64,000 nt of DNA, taken from Saccostrea echinata. Lineage: Eukaryota. Position 1 is the first letter of the stretch. Each line of letters opens with the position of its first letter. Shown here in pieces: positions 50,073 through 63,460 of this stretch. A model generated the notes under the pieces. It made no database searches. It saw only the letters and a program-made list of their open reading frames with translations, and was not told where the DNA came from. Made by a program: the position numbers and the translations under genes. The stretch is from the NCBI RefSeq assembly GCF_033153115.1, contig NW_026889811.1, positions 3,906,001-3,970,000 of the forward strand. Reading direction: 5' to 3'.

Positions 50073-51451
50073 CAGGTGTATAAGGCATTTAATGCACTTG
50101 ATACATGTTTAGTGTTAATATAATACTTAAAGCACTCGATAAATGTCGAGTGTTAATACAATACCGTAAAGTTGATTTATGTCGATTTTCAATAAATAAT
50201 TTTAAAATACGATTGATTTATTTTCAGTTTCAATGTAATTTTTGCAGAAAATGTGTTAGAAAACAATGATATTTATTTTTAAGATAAGTCGTCCACAAAT
50301 ATGATTATCTGTACTTTATTCAATTATATTTTGTTTGTCATTGCAGGAAAATGTGAACGATCGAAGTTTAATGGTATCATATTTTGTAAGAAAAAAGTTG
50401 CATTTGAACCAAGAAATAAAACTTATATAACGGGCGTATGTACTTTGTAATTTGTTGGGAGACTCCATAAATAGCAATGTCCTACCTCTAGGTTTATCTA
50501 TGCAGAACTGCCCTATAAATTCTTTTCTGGCCATTCGGTATGTATCGGCATTCACTATGGTGTTGAAATATTTGGTCACAATTTGTTTTTGTATTACATT
50601 TCATGGGACAGGCGCAGCCAGTGAATTGTTCCACAATGCAGATTTTGAAAGCACTTCCTTTTCCGGAAATTGGGTGGCTATTGATTGTACCATGACTTCC
50701 CGAACAGATGATAAATATCATGGAACGCGCAGTGTCATGGTCTCTCATAGGCGAGTAAAATGTTGCATTTCTTCCTCGTTTCCCGTTTTTGTGGTTGTAG
50801 CATTGCTATTTACTTTGCCTTTGTTTTGAGTAATTGTTTCTAGACCTGTTTCTGAATTATCTGTTTATTCATGAGAATAAGGCTTACTTGTTCTTGTGTA
50901 AATCTGTCATGTTGCAGACATCATGCGTGGTCCGCAGTCCTACAGACCTGCGAAGAATTACGCGGTTAAGATGTACTTCAAGCTCCTTAACCTTCCCTCT
51001 GGACACGCTTATGCCGAAGTCAAACTGAACGTGGCTCTTACTGTTAACGGTATCTTACAAAAAGAAAGTTACTATATGATATTTGACTCTCAAAGAGATT
51101 TTTGGTACTGAAAATAATATTTGATAGAATAAGTGACAATTAAACACACATTTCTAAGCTCAGTTTCTGTCATTAATTTTCATAGCTTTTCTATTTATAC
51201 AATTCGTATCAACCGCCTTTTTATCGTTAAGGAAAGTCAAAGTACTTCATGCTGGCTAAGCTTCCTATGCAACAGTTAAATTTTGGATGGACGGAAATAA
51301 GTGGCGATTCTCATGCTCAAAATGGTTGGTTAATCTATTTTGAATTATGCTATACCCTCTTTGATTTTACTATTAAAAAAACTTATCCTGCTTTTTCTAA
51401 TTTCATACAACATATTTCAAACAAACTGTTAGGCCTTTATTTTTATAATAA

Positions 51452-52029
51452 AGAGCAAGGTTCACTTTATGCATAAAATGGCCCTGTAGATATACCAATT
51501 CATTGACTAACACTTTATGTTCCATTTTTAACATCAAGATAGAGACTTAGTACTTTCATTTTCTATTAAAAATTTTTCTCCTTAAAGCCAAGGTCTTGGA
51601 AAACAAGCTTCATGGAATTGCAGTGTTTCTTGAATTTTAAGGAAAACAAGTATATTTGAGTACTTTAACAGAAGAGAAATAATATGAGCGCACCCTCTGA
51701 TCTAAAAAATAAAACATGTTTTGTAATCCTCAGAAATAGTTCTATCATTTAATAGTTGCATATTTTAGATCAGAGGTTGCGCTCATTAAATATCGAAAAA
51801 TAGCTTTAAAAATTAGCTGTTTTTGTAGAATTTTTCAGGATATTAGGAAAATGACGCATTTCATGACGTCATAATGCATTGGCTAGCCGGAAAATTACGT
51901 CATTTTTGATAGATACGCAGTCATCAAAGGTCTAAATGATATTTAATGCAATGTCAACTAAAACCAAGCAGTTTCAGTTTTTCTGAAATTCCCAGGGCCA
52001 AAAAAGGCCCTAAATGAACCTTGTTCGTT
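51452..52029. mobile_element. MITE with imperfect ~35-bp TIRs
   Basis: AGAGCAAGGTTCACTTTA...GGCCCTG is inverted relative to CAGGGCC...TAAATGAACCTTGTTCG. Absent from the matching intron of copy B. Confidence 0.6.
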
Positions 52030-52735
52030 AACTAATTTGTCTACCTGATCAATACATAGGTGTTTTATGCCCTGTCTACAGATTTGTATTGTTTGTAGTT
52101 TTTTTAATCACTGTCCGTTATCTTCACCCTTTTCATTCTTCTAGGAACCACCGTCGCTTATACATATATTGAGATACCAGACATATCAATCAATTACCTG
52201 GTGGACTTCGCCAGTGCCCAGGAGCTACCTCATAATTCCCACTGGATGTCAGATGCCCAAAATAGAATCAACAACATCCGAAAGGCTCCCGTCTCATTCA
52301 AGTGAGTTAAACAATCTTTTAAAATGCTTCTATGCTTCTCCTCGTCAGTATATGTCATTTATGGCGTAATATGACTTCAAAGCAGAGTTCTTGTCTTTCC
52401 ATCTCTCATTTTCCTGCTTCACTTTATCATGACTCGTCATTGATGACGAAATATGGCTACACATTACAGGTCTTTCCTGATCATTTTGGCCCATATTGCT
52501 CAACTGGATTGAAAGAGGCGTATCCTACCGAAAGCTATTATATAAAAATTAGAAAAAAGCGTAAGAATATTTAATTGGAAGAAGTTTTTTGTCAGATTTT
52601 CCCCCGCTACAATTTACTTTTGGTAGTGGTTAATTGGTCAAAAATGTTTTAAAAAAAGGAGTAAAATTAATGTAACTGATCTGGAAATGATTTTGCTTAT
52701 GAAATATCTGTCAATTACCTGTTTGTTATATATAG

Positions 52736-53292
52736 CTTCACTGGCTGCCGGTAGAGTTTCGTTGCCAATTTAAGACTCTTGTCTATGCATACAAAGCACT
52801 CCACGGACAAGCTCCAACATATATTTGCGAACTAATTGAGCCGTACACACCTTCGCGTAGCCTCTGCTCAGAATCATCAAATATTTTAGTGGTTCCGTCA
52901 ACAAGGACTGTGACATATGGGAATAGACGATTCGACAGAGCTGTGTCTACCTTATGGAACTCTCTCCCTTTGTATCTTAGAAAATGTTACTCAATAAAAA
53001 TTTTTAAGAAAAAGCTAAAAACTTTTCTTTTTAAAAAGACATATGACTTGTAAATAGACTGTGTATTTAATCCTTTAATTACATTAGGGTGACTACATTT
53101 TAAATATTTATCCTATTTATCTTATTTTTAGTATTTTATGTATAGTGTGGACACTGAAATTTGATACATTTATCTTATAATTTCATATATGATTGCTGTA
53201 AATTTTATTGTTTTATATAATATGCTTGTACAGCGCCTTAGAGTTTAATATATAGGGCGCTCTATAAATGTTTAATAATAATGATAATAATA
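52736..53292 (+). mobile_element. 5'-truncated L2/CR1-group LINE 3' end
   Basis: LHWLPVEFRCQFKTLVYAYKALHGQAPTYI...LWNSLP...FKKKLKTFLF, a 3' stem-loop AGCGCC...GGCGCT, and an (AAT)n tail. Confidence 0.85.
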
Positions 53293-53774
53293 AAAGCTTC
53301 TCCACTGTTTTTGGCCCTTTTTGTACATATTTCATGCACTTTTGAAAATGCTTCACTGACTGGGTTAGGGATAAGCGATAAACTGTTTTAACACTTCATT
53401 TATTAAATGTATGTATTTGTTTAATTATCTAGATTGCCACAGTAGTTAATGCACGTGGTATATCGATCGAGGTATGCATGAATATTGACATAAATTGTTT
53501 TTGAGAAGAGGAGCGGAATCTTAGCAGCTCTCATTATACTGATGATTTTCGGATCAATGTAAAGTTCATGACGATTGACCCATTTCTCGAAAGTTATTGC
53601 CCTTGGACATTGAGAATTTCTAATCCATCACCATTTTCCGGGTTTCACCAGCCTTATGCTTTGAAAATATTCATGAATTCATGCACTGTTTTCCTGATTA
53701 TTTTCTTCTGATGTGCTGGTTTATAATAAGTAATGATGTCCACCAATAATTCAATAAGAGTAATGGAATGTATG

Positions 53775-54300
53775 GAGATAATGAACAGTATTCAAGCTCA
53801 AAAGTCCATTAAACAATAAAAATTTTGGAGCAGAGCAAACACGGACCTCGAAAAAATAAAAGGTGGTATCAGGTGCCATGGAGGAGTGAGCATCCCCTGC
53901 CGACCGGTCACACCCGCCGTGTGCTCCTTGTCATGATCGGGTAATAACGGAAATATCCGTCGACAATTCAGTGTGTAAATAATGCCTAACAATTAGTATG
54001 AAAAACGTCAGTCAGCATTTAACTTAATGATAAATTGTATTTGCTGACAAGGTCATTTTATCGACCATAGAACTTACGAAATGACGACCCCAGACGAGAC
54101 CGCTGATATTCCCGTTCCATCAACCCAACCCGTCTGCCAACAACTTACCTTGCTTCAGAAACTGCCCACACGCAGAGCACGCCCTTGCGCATCGAATCAA
54201 CTGAAAGACACAAACCCCATATGCAGTCGATGAAGGTGTATTGCCGCATAAGTAAGGGAAGTTGACGATTGAAAAGTTAAAGTCATCACGTTTACTATAA
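53775..54300 (-). mobile_element. Penelope-like 3' fragment
   Basis: Colinear with 33095-33650. Encodes a decayed RDDFNFSIVNFPYLCGN...AYGV. Confidence 0.75.
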
Positions 54301-54492
54301 AATAAAAAAGAAGTTGTAATATGATATTCAAATTTGCTTCATTTTCATTAATTGATCTTTTAAAATTTGAATGTAACAGGGGGCATTCATGTCTTATTGA
54401 CACTTTTCGGCGCTATAGGTACACAGATGTCCATACAAACGTACTTTACGTGTTGTGAAAATATCAAAACAGGCTTTTCATGCTTGATGAGA

Positions 54493-54805
54493 CTGATTGA
54501 TTAATTCATGTTGTTTTACGTTCCATTTGAGAATTTTTTACTCACATAGAGACGTCAACGTATATCGGTGAAGGGTTTCAAATTCAGACCTTTATTCGGC
54601 AATCAGTGCCATTGAGTGGTGAGGATCTTTATTGTGACAACGCCTACCGTGACACAGGGCTTCGGGTTTTTAAGGTTTCATCCGAAAGACTCGCAACTTT
54701 CACTTCTAAGTGCCGAGAGCTTGGCAAAGGAATAGTCGCTACCTAATTTTTATCGACTTAGGTCTGTTGCGAACGGAGCTTGAACCCACGACCTTCCGAT
54801 GATGC
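54493..54805 (-). mobile_element. tRNA-derived SINE, decayed
   Basis: Minus strand has box-B-like GGTCGTGGGTTCAAGCTCC at the head and a (CAAT)n-like tail; about 310 bp. Confidence 0.6.
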
Positions 54806-55104
54806 TATAATGTGTATTTGCCATATCACAAAGTATTCCTGTATTTCTGGACTTTCTTAAGTCCGTTGATTGGCTTTCAAGATATTTGTCCGTATACTTA
54901 TGTATTAATGTTATAATATTATACATCTTCTTTTTGTGAAGTTGGTCCAAAAGAAACGAAATTTTGCTTTTGGAACTGCTGTGGTCGCTCAATCCATGAC
55001 CGACCAATCAGTCAGAAAAGGAATATCAGGACTTCGTGTACAATAACTTTGAATGGGCAATCTTTGAAGGTGCCTTGAAGTGGATGGCCATGGAGTGGAC
55101 AGAG

Positions 55105-56250
55105 GTGAGGCTAGTTTTGTTACTTAAATGACTTGGATAGAATAGCTGTGGTTCAATTACATTAGATGGATCTAGTAAAGGTTAAAGGAAAGAGATGGTT
55201 TATTTATTTAGGTGTTTTATTGGGGTTGAATGGTCAGATTTCTGTTCAATAGCTTAAATGAGATGTATTACGTCTAGAATAGACAGAGGTAGGCGTTAAT
55301 TCATTACTTAAAGGTGATGTATTAGGGAAGAGTGGACAGAGGTAGACATTAATTCATTACTTAAAAGTGATGTATTAGGGAAGAGTGCACAGAGGTAGAC
55401 AGACATAAATTCATTACTTAAATGTAATGAATTAGGGAAGAGTAGACAAAGGTAGGCGTTAATTCATTACTTAAAGGTGATGTATTAGGGAAGAGTGGAC
55501 AGAGGTAGACATTAATTCATTACTTAAAAGTGATGTATTAGGGAAGAGTAGACAAAGGTAGGCGTTAATTCATTACTTAAAAGTGATATATTAGGGAAGA
55601 GTAGACAAAGGTAGGCATTAATTGATTACTTAAAGGTGATGTATTAGGGAAGAGTGGACAGAGGTAGACACTAATTCATTACTTAAAAGTGATGTATTAG
55701 GGAAGAGTAGACAAAGGTAGGCTTTAATTCATTACTTAAAAGTGATATATTAGGGAAGAGTAGACAAAGGTAGGTGTTAAATGATTACTTAAAGGTGATG
55801 TATTAGGGAAGAGTGGACAAAGGTAGACATTAATTCATTACTTAAATGTGATGTATTAGGGAAGGGTAGACAAAGGTAGGCGTTAATTCATTACTTAAAA
55901 GTGATATACAATGTATTAGGGAAGAGTAGACAAAGGTAGATGTTAATTGATTACTTAAAGGTGATGTATTAGGGAAGAGTGGACAGAGGTAGACATTAAT
56001 TCAATACTTAAATGTGATGTATTAGGGAAGAGTAGACAAAGGTAGGCTTTAATTCATTACTTAAAAGTGATATATTAGGGAAGAGTAGGCAAAGGTAGGT
56101 GTTAATTGAATACTTGAAGGTGATGTATTTGGGAAGAGTGGACAGAGGTAGACATTAATTCATTACTGAAATGTGATGTACTTGGGAGGACAGGGATATG
56201 AGTGGTTCTATTACTTTAAAGGGTTCTTTGAGGTTTGAGTAGGAAGAAGT
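55105..56250. repeat. ~54-bp minisatellite after GH10 exon 6
   Basis: About 17 copies of GGGAAGAGTGGACAGAGGTAGACATTAATTCATTACTTAAAAGTGATGTATTA. Confidence 0.95.
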
Positions 56251-59067
56251 AGACATGATTCAATTTCTTTAAAACGTTTATTAAGATGGAATAGACAGGT
56301 TTTTTTTATTTTCAAAGTAAAATCTGTGGACTGTAAGATGACAAATTTCCTTACATAAAAAGGAGAGTAAACCAGATAATTCGAGGGATATTTTAACTCT
56401 GTTTACCTGCTTGTTTCATAATAGGCTGTTTTAAATTTTTGTTTTTTTTTCATGTTTATTTCAGAATCATATTAACTTAGACAGAGCGTTGAATGCTATT
56501 TCTGCATTGAAATCCCATGGGCAAGTATTGCACATCTGGAATACCTAAATTCAAGCAGCTGTATGAGTTACTAATATTCAAGATAAATCGTTGTAAAATA
56601 TATGATTTTGATCATTACAAAATTAAAGTTCGGGGACACAACATGTTTTGGGATGTGGATCAGTATGTTCCCCAGTGGCTGAAAGGAAAATCCCAAAATG
56701 ATCTTTTGTCTTCTATGAAAGGTCATGTGAACCAAGTGATCTCAAGGACGAAGGGGAAGTATGTTTCAGCATCGTATTTTGATTTATGTGTCAAAACTCA
56801 GCCATTGAAATGAAATTTAAAAAAAACAAAACAAGCCAACCCCTTCCCCCGCCTTCCGAAAAAATGAATTATTGATATTTTGTCATTGCTAATACTCTTT
56901 ATTCTAATTCAAAATTTTCTTATATATGCAAATGTCTTGTCAAGTCAACAGTACTGTCACTATATAATATAAAGGGTTGACGGTGAATTGAAGAAGGCTC
57001 ACATAAAAAACAAAAATTTGCATCAATATACCCTGTACAAAGTCCATATATTCTGAAGCAACTTTATTAAGATATTTAAATGTGTATATAGCTAATGTAC
57101 ATCGAATATTGGTTGAGAAAACCTATAACTGTATTCTAGTCATTATCATATTGAAAGCAGTGTAAATTTGGTTTAGAAATTATGAAGACAAAGTCCATCT
57201 TGTTGATAGGTTAGAACACTGGGATGTCAACAACGAGAATCATGGAGACTGGTTTGAACTTCACACATGTAACCCAGATATTGCAGAGAAGATGTTCCAG
57301 TGGATCCACCAACAGGAGCCAAACGTGAAACTGTTCCTCAACGACTACGAAGCCATCAACCAGCATTATTTTACAACAGTATGTTTAAATTGTTATCAAT
57401 CAAATTCAAATACTACGACGTTTAAAAAAAAAACAAATAAAAATAACAAGAACAAAGAAGAGAAAAAAATACATCAAACAACGATCAACCCCCCCCCCCC
57501 CCCAAAAAAAAAAAAAAATTACAAAACACCGCAAATGTAAAATTGAATTAGATCAAATTCTACTCAGTGGTTGTGTAAAGATATTCATTTGAGAAAAGGA
57601 AATCAGATATGAAATATTGAAGATATGGTCATGTTCTTTGTCCAGGCGCTAAGAAATCAAGCATTACATCTTATAAAGGACGGGGTACCTGTTTATGGTC
57701 TTGGACTCCAAGGACATTTCTTTTCCCACAACATTGACATGGATGTTCTCAAAGTAATCATTATGCAATAATTTCAATTACCAAATGATAAAAATTAATG
57801 GAAGAAAAAAAAATGATTGGTACAGAACTTTTTCGAAGATAGATTGACTGATTTACAGTAACATTATTGCGAAATAACATTATCAGTCGAAACATTATTT
57901 TTTGTACTGTAAAGTAACACTACATATCTGACTTAAAGTATCGGCTGGATAAGCTTGCTGAGTCCGGGCTGAAGCTGTGGATCACGGAACTGACACTGTT
58001 TGACACAGATAGCAACAGAAAGGCCAGAACCCTAGAAAATCTCCTGACCTTGTTCTTCGGTCACTCGGCGGTAGAGGGCGTCTTATTCTGGGGATTCTGG
58101 GATAGACATATATGGCACACACAGGATGCACTATTTATTGGAGATAACATCACAGTAATGTGACTGAAAAATGATGATGATAATAATAATAATTGCAAGA
58201 AAAAAAAATCAGTTCTATACAACTCAGTATAGGTTTGAATATATAATAATGAATCAGGTGATTTGTGTTCACAGAGTCACTGAAATATAAAATTGTTTTA
58301 GCCAAATGCAGCTGGACAGAAATACCTTGATCTTTTCCACAAAACGTGGAAGACATACTTTGTTTACGATGTAAACCCTGGCAGTACAGTCAACATACAG
58401 GCATATTTAGGAGACTATCAACTGGACATAAAAAAAAATGGTCATCTTATTCACCAAGAGAATTTCAGCCTCGGCAAATCAGGAAAAGATATAACTATTT
58501 GCCTCACAAGTAAGAACTGATTCATAGACAACCTAACAGTTAAGACAATGTACGATTTAAACAAGAGAGGCTAACAAGTATTTTTTTTTCAAACGCAAGC
58601 GAAATTAAACGCTTGAGGGTATGACGTCACATATTTTGGTGATACACTGAGACCTTTAGTTATATCAAAGATCATACGAATGATTTTGTTGTTAATGTAT
58701 TCATTTCATCAGATGATTCTATGAAGATGAGTAAGGAATTTAAGTTAAGCGGTTACAGTGTAAAAATATTTATGTTTTTCTTCTATCCTTTGATTTCAGG
58801 TGATCATCATGGAGTTTCACAGATTCTGTTTGGATAATACGCATAATTCGTTTATGTAAAGCAATATTATAAACAAATGAAACATGGAAGTTTTTCTTCA
58901 GTTTTTCATGGATAATTCAAAATTAAATAAATAAATAATATGTTTACTGAGGTTTTGACCTTGAACATTGACTTACTAATTAAGTATTATTATTTTATAC
59001 TGTCAATATACTCTAAATCATTTGAACCATCAGATTTAGACGTAATATATTAGTATATTAAATGTAT

Positions 59068-60915
59068 TGTCCAGAATGTAAAATCAGCACACGAGACTCC
59101 GGAGAATGATGTCACGATATTTCCAAAGACCCTGTCAAGATCGGACACATTGCAGTGGATCCCCAAATCCAGACAGAAGTATATTTTGATTTTTGTGATC
59201 AAGAAACGAAAGTTACATGTCATTGTCTATGGACTCTCTTCATAATCTATGCCCAGAGCGCCTGCAAATTTATCTGAAGTACAAGAAATAGATGGTTTTG
59301 TATCACTTGACGAGTATGCAAATTTGCAACACCATTATCTTATGTCTTCCTCAAAATGTAAAGCTCCTGGACATTCAAATGAGCACTTAAAATTTTTCTT
59401 TAGCAAAAAAATTTACGAAGAGTGTCTGTGTTCACCACGAGTGATTTCTCACATTGAAGAACTAGAGAGTAAAACAACTGACAGTGTGTTAAACACTAGA
59501 TTTAGGAATATCAAAACCGTAGAGGCGTTTTTCAGTTCAAAGCGAGGATGTGAATGAGTCCATCACATTGATCAAGTATGAGATCAGCAACAGAGATCCT
59601 CTACCCGAAAAAGCTCTGGAGAATGTCGACTTTACATTTAATCATATGATGAAGCAGCTCGAAAAAAGTTTCATCCATTCAAAACAGGAGAATAAGGAGG
59701 CACTCTTGATAGAAAGAGAAAAGGAATTCCAGATACTTAAAAACGTCATGAAGTATAGCAGGAGTTACCCTACAATATTTTGTAGAGTGGAAATAAGCCC
59801 AAATTTATTAACTTTCATGAATCATTTGAGAACTTTTTTTGAAGCATAAAAAAGAAGGAAAATAAATATCTTCCTTTCTTTAACTCTATTGCTCGTTCCT
59901 TCTCTCAAAACAAGGTTAAAGAATTGAAGGAAAGCATCCATACCTTCGCACTGTTGTGTTTTCAAATGTGTATGCACCTTATACCAAAATGTATATTCGA
60001 TCCCTGGCATATGTTGAAGAAACCTTTCAAATTAAACTTGTTTGACTAACTTCAAAAGTTCATCTTAAAAGAGAACATTGAGTGTCCAGGCTTGCCTTGT
60101 AGATTCTAATGGAAAGCTTTCAAAGTCCTTTTTGTGCGAGAAACAGTAGGTTGGTCTCTTGAAGACAATTTTCGTGTGGTGTGAATCAAAGGAAACAACA
60201 AGTTAACACAATCAAGAACAGATGCTTAAGACGGATTATGATGCTAGAATTGGAAGATCGAGTGAGAAGTGAAGACCTGTTACAGAGAACAAGAATGAGA
60301 CTGATCAGTGAGGAATAAGCAGGAGAAGATGGTTTACTGGACATACACTGAGACAGGATCCTACCAGTGTCTGTAACATCGCACTAACATGGGACCATAA
60401 GGAAAAGGAAATCGACCGAAAACAACATGGCGCCGCACTGTAGAAAGGAGGGGGTAGATATTGGATGGTTGTCATGAAATGCAACAAGAACAGACAGCAA
60501 AGGCCAGTAGGAATGAGTGGAGACTCTCTGTGTGTAGGACATCAAGAAAGATCTAATTATACATGATGTCATAAGTTACATCATTATTACTATTTGGATT
60601 TTACTCCACCTACCTCACTTCACAAGTTTGACTGGAGCTTTTCTGTCTTTTGTGAGAAATGTCACCAGGTCTGGATTGAATGCTCGGATCACAGTCACCT
60701 TCTTGGTCAATCAAAACAGGAAGTTGGCCCCAAGTATAGCCCTCGGCACATTGGAGGACTCGTTCGGTTGTAGTTTCATCATGGATACCACAAAGTCAGA
60801 TCTCAATGTCTGAGAAATCTTTTCAGACCGCTTTTAGTACCCATCATCAAAGCGTTACATTTGAATTGAAAATAAGAACCAAGCAACAAATTCCCGACTT
60901 ATTTTTTTCTGTTAA
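59068..60915 (+). pseudogene. TRIM pseudogene, duplicate of 46646-50072
   Basis: Colinear with 46817-47970 and with parts of the last exon. Lacks the RING start and has many frameshifts, stops and deletions. Confidence 0.9.
60190..60555 (+). mobile_element. RTE-clade LINE 3' fragment inside the TRIM pseudogene
   Basis: Decayed RRW..GHTLRQDPTSVCNIALTW and RPKTTWRRTVE motifs. Confidence 0.7.
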
Positions 60916-61597
60916 ACTGAAATAGGTGTATTGAGCACCAAGAACAATATATACATGTATATATATTGAGTTAATACAATGCTTACTAATAATATAGTTG
61001 ATTGAATTCTGTAGTTTTACGTCCCTTGCAAGATCATTACAGCCATAAAACGTCAGCATAATACGAAGAAGGCTTCAAATGTAAACAATTACTTATCACC
61101 TAGGGCAGTTGAGCAGGGAGTATTCTTTACCATGTCAACGACGAATTGAAGCATGCTGAGTGACATTACAAAACTTGATACGATTTCTCGTATGTTTGTT
61201 TTCATATAACCTTTGCAAAAAAAAAAAAAAAATTAAGTTATAGGAACCAACGGAAATTGAAGACATTTATTAGCTTTCAACACTAAGCATTCAAAAATTT
61301 GAATGTTTGTACCTAAAAGGGTATGCAAGATTAACAAATTACCAAATACTAGTACTTTTATCTACAAATATGAAATATTTTTATAGCTATAAACTCTTAT
61401 TAAGAAAAGAAAAAAATGATCTAGGTATACAATATGTAATTTCTTATGCAGAGCTCTCCTTATCCAAGGGGTTAAATAGTGTAGAAATGACAACGAGGAC
61501 ACTCCATGAATAGCAACGTCCTGACCGTAGGTTTATCTATTGTTGAACTGTCCCATAAAGTCCTCTCTGTCCATTTGCTGTGTATCAGTTCTTCATT

Positions 61598-62710
61598 ATG
61601 TTGTTGAAATATTTGATCACAATTTGTTTTTATATTACATTTTATGGGGCAGGCGCAGCCAGTGAATTGTTCCACAATGCAGATTTCGAGAGCACTTCCT
61701 TTTCCGGTAATTGGGTGGCTATTGATTGTACCATGACTTCCCGAACAGATGATAAATATCATGGAACGCGCAGTGTCATGGTCTCTCATAGGCGAGTAAA
61801 ATGTCACATTTCTTCCTCGTTTCCTGTTTTTGTGGTTGTTGCTTTGCTTCTTGTCATGCCTTTGTTTTGATGTGATACTGAATCATTCAACACAGTTACG
61901 TTATAGAGATAAAAATAAATATTCAAATTATTTCTTTCTGTATCATTATGTTCAGATTCTAAATCTGCATGAGAATTAGGCCTACTTCTTTATGTATAAA
62001 TCTGTTTGATGTTGCAGGCATCATACGTGGTCGGCTGTCCGACAGACATTTCATGTCACTCCAGGGAAGAATTACGTGGTTAAAATGTACTTCAAGCTCC
62101 TTAACCTTCCCTCTGGACACGCTTATGCCGAAGTCAAACTGAACGTGGCACTTACTGTTAACGGTATTCAGCAACCGAATCTTACAAAAAGAAAGTTAAT
62201 ATATCCAAAGACATTTGGATAAAACGGCGTTAATTCATTACTATAATGAAAATATTTTTTGACGAAATGAGTGACAATAAAATACTCTTTTTAATGTTCA
62301 ATTGATTATCAATTTTCGTATTTTTTTCTATTTATAAAAATCATATTATCTGACATATCATTAAGGTAGTCCTAAGTACTTTGGGCTGGCAAAACTTCCG
62401 ATGCAGCAGTTGAAATTTGGATGGACGGAAATAAGTGGCGATTTCCATGCCCAGAATGGTTTGTTTATATTGAATATCATAAAATTCCCTTTGATTTTAC
62501 CATTTAAAAATGGGTATTTGGGCTAACGTCTAACTATTTCTCATTTCATTCAGGAGCCACAGACGCTGGTATATACATAGAAATACCAGACATATCTGTC
62601 AATTACCTGGTGGACTTTGCCAGTGCCCAGGAGCTACCTCATAATTCTCACTGGAAGTCAGATGCCCAAAATAGAATTAACAACATCCGAAAGGCTCCTG
62701 TCTCATTCAA
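61598..62710 (+). CDS. CBM4/9 + GH10 xylanase-like gene, copy B, first four exons (open; remainder not seen)
   Basis: Exons 61598-61791 (GC donor), 62018-62163, 62366-62458 and 62554-62710 join in frame: signal peptide, ELFHNADFES..., NYLVDFASAQELP..., RINNIRK. Confidence 0.85.
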
Positions 62711-63207
62711 GTGAGTCAAATGTTTGCTTCACTATGTCATGATACGTCATTAATGATGCAATATTGCTCCATTACAGAGTAGAGGAGAGGTCTGTTCTGA
62801 ACTTTTGTCCCATACTGGGGTTTTGAAAGTCGGCACAAATGGTTAACTTATTTATCACGTAGTTACCAGGTTATCGACATTGTACAATAATTTAAAAGTA
62901 ATTTTTTTAAATAAAAATATAAAGTGAAATCTACCTCCCTTGTTGATTTCAATCTGATTAAATTTTCAAACTTGTCGTTCTTCTTCGTACTTAGTATAAA
63001 GAATAAGATAATTAATCATTGCATTTAATTGCAGAAAAATATATCTTTTTAGAAGAAGCATAACAATTCACACACACAAAAAAAACATGTCAGTATATTT
63101 TCTTTATAACAACTATCTGGGAGACTTATATTATCGTTTTACTAACAGCGTAATAGTTTGCTTGATGGGGCGTGCTAAAATTTTGAATGCTGAGTGAAAT
63201 ATATTGA

Positions 63208-63460
63208 GATAACGAACAGTATTCAAGCTCAAAAGTCCATTAAACATTACAAAATAGGTGCAGAGCAAACACGGACCTTCAAAACATCAGAGGTGGGATC
63301 AGGTGCCATGGAGGAGTGAGCATCCCCTGCCGACCGGTCACACCCGCCGTGTGCTCCTTGTCATGATCGGGAAATGACGGAAAAATCCGTCGACGATTCA
63401 GTGTGTAAATAATGGCCTAACAATTAGTATGAAAAACGTCAGTCAGCATTTGACTCAATG
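63208..63460 (-). mobile_element. Penelope-like 3' terminal fragment
   Basis: Highly similar to 53775-54030. Confidence 0.75.

Larger units (their letters stand above)
50557..58837 (+). pseudogene. Secreted CBM4/9 + GH10 endo-xylanase-like gene, copy A, disrupted
   Basis: Exons 50557-50750, 50918-51049, 51232-51324, 52145-52301, 53433-53471, 54942-55104, 56465-56520, 56621-56758, 57210-57378, 57646-57753, 57939-58154, 58302-58509, 58800-58837. Motifs RGHNMFW, WDVNNE, LFLNDY, GLQGH, WITEL and WGFWD. Lesions: 14-nt deletion in exon 2 relative to copy B, frame breaks at exons 5 and 6, and an acceptor reading CAA at 56618-56620. Confidence 0.85.
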
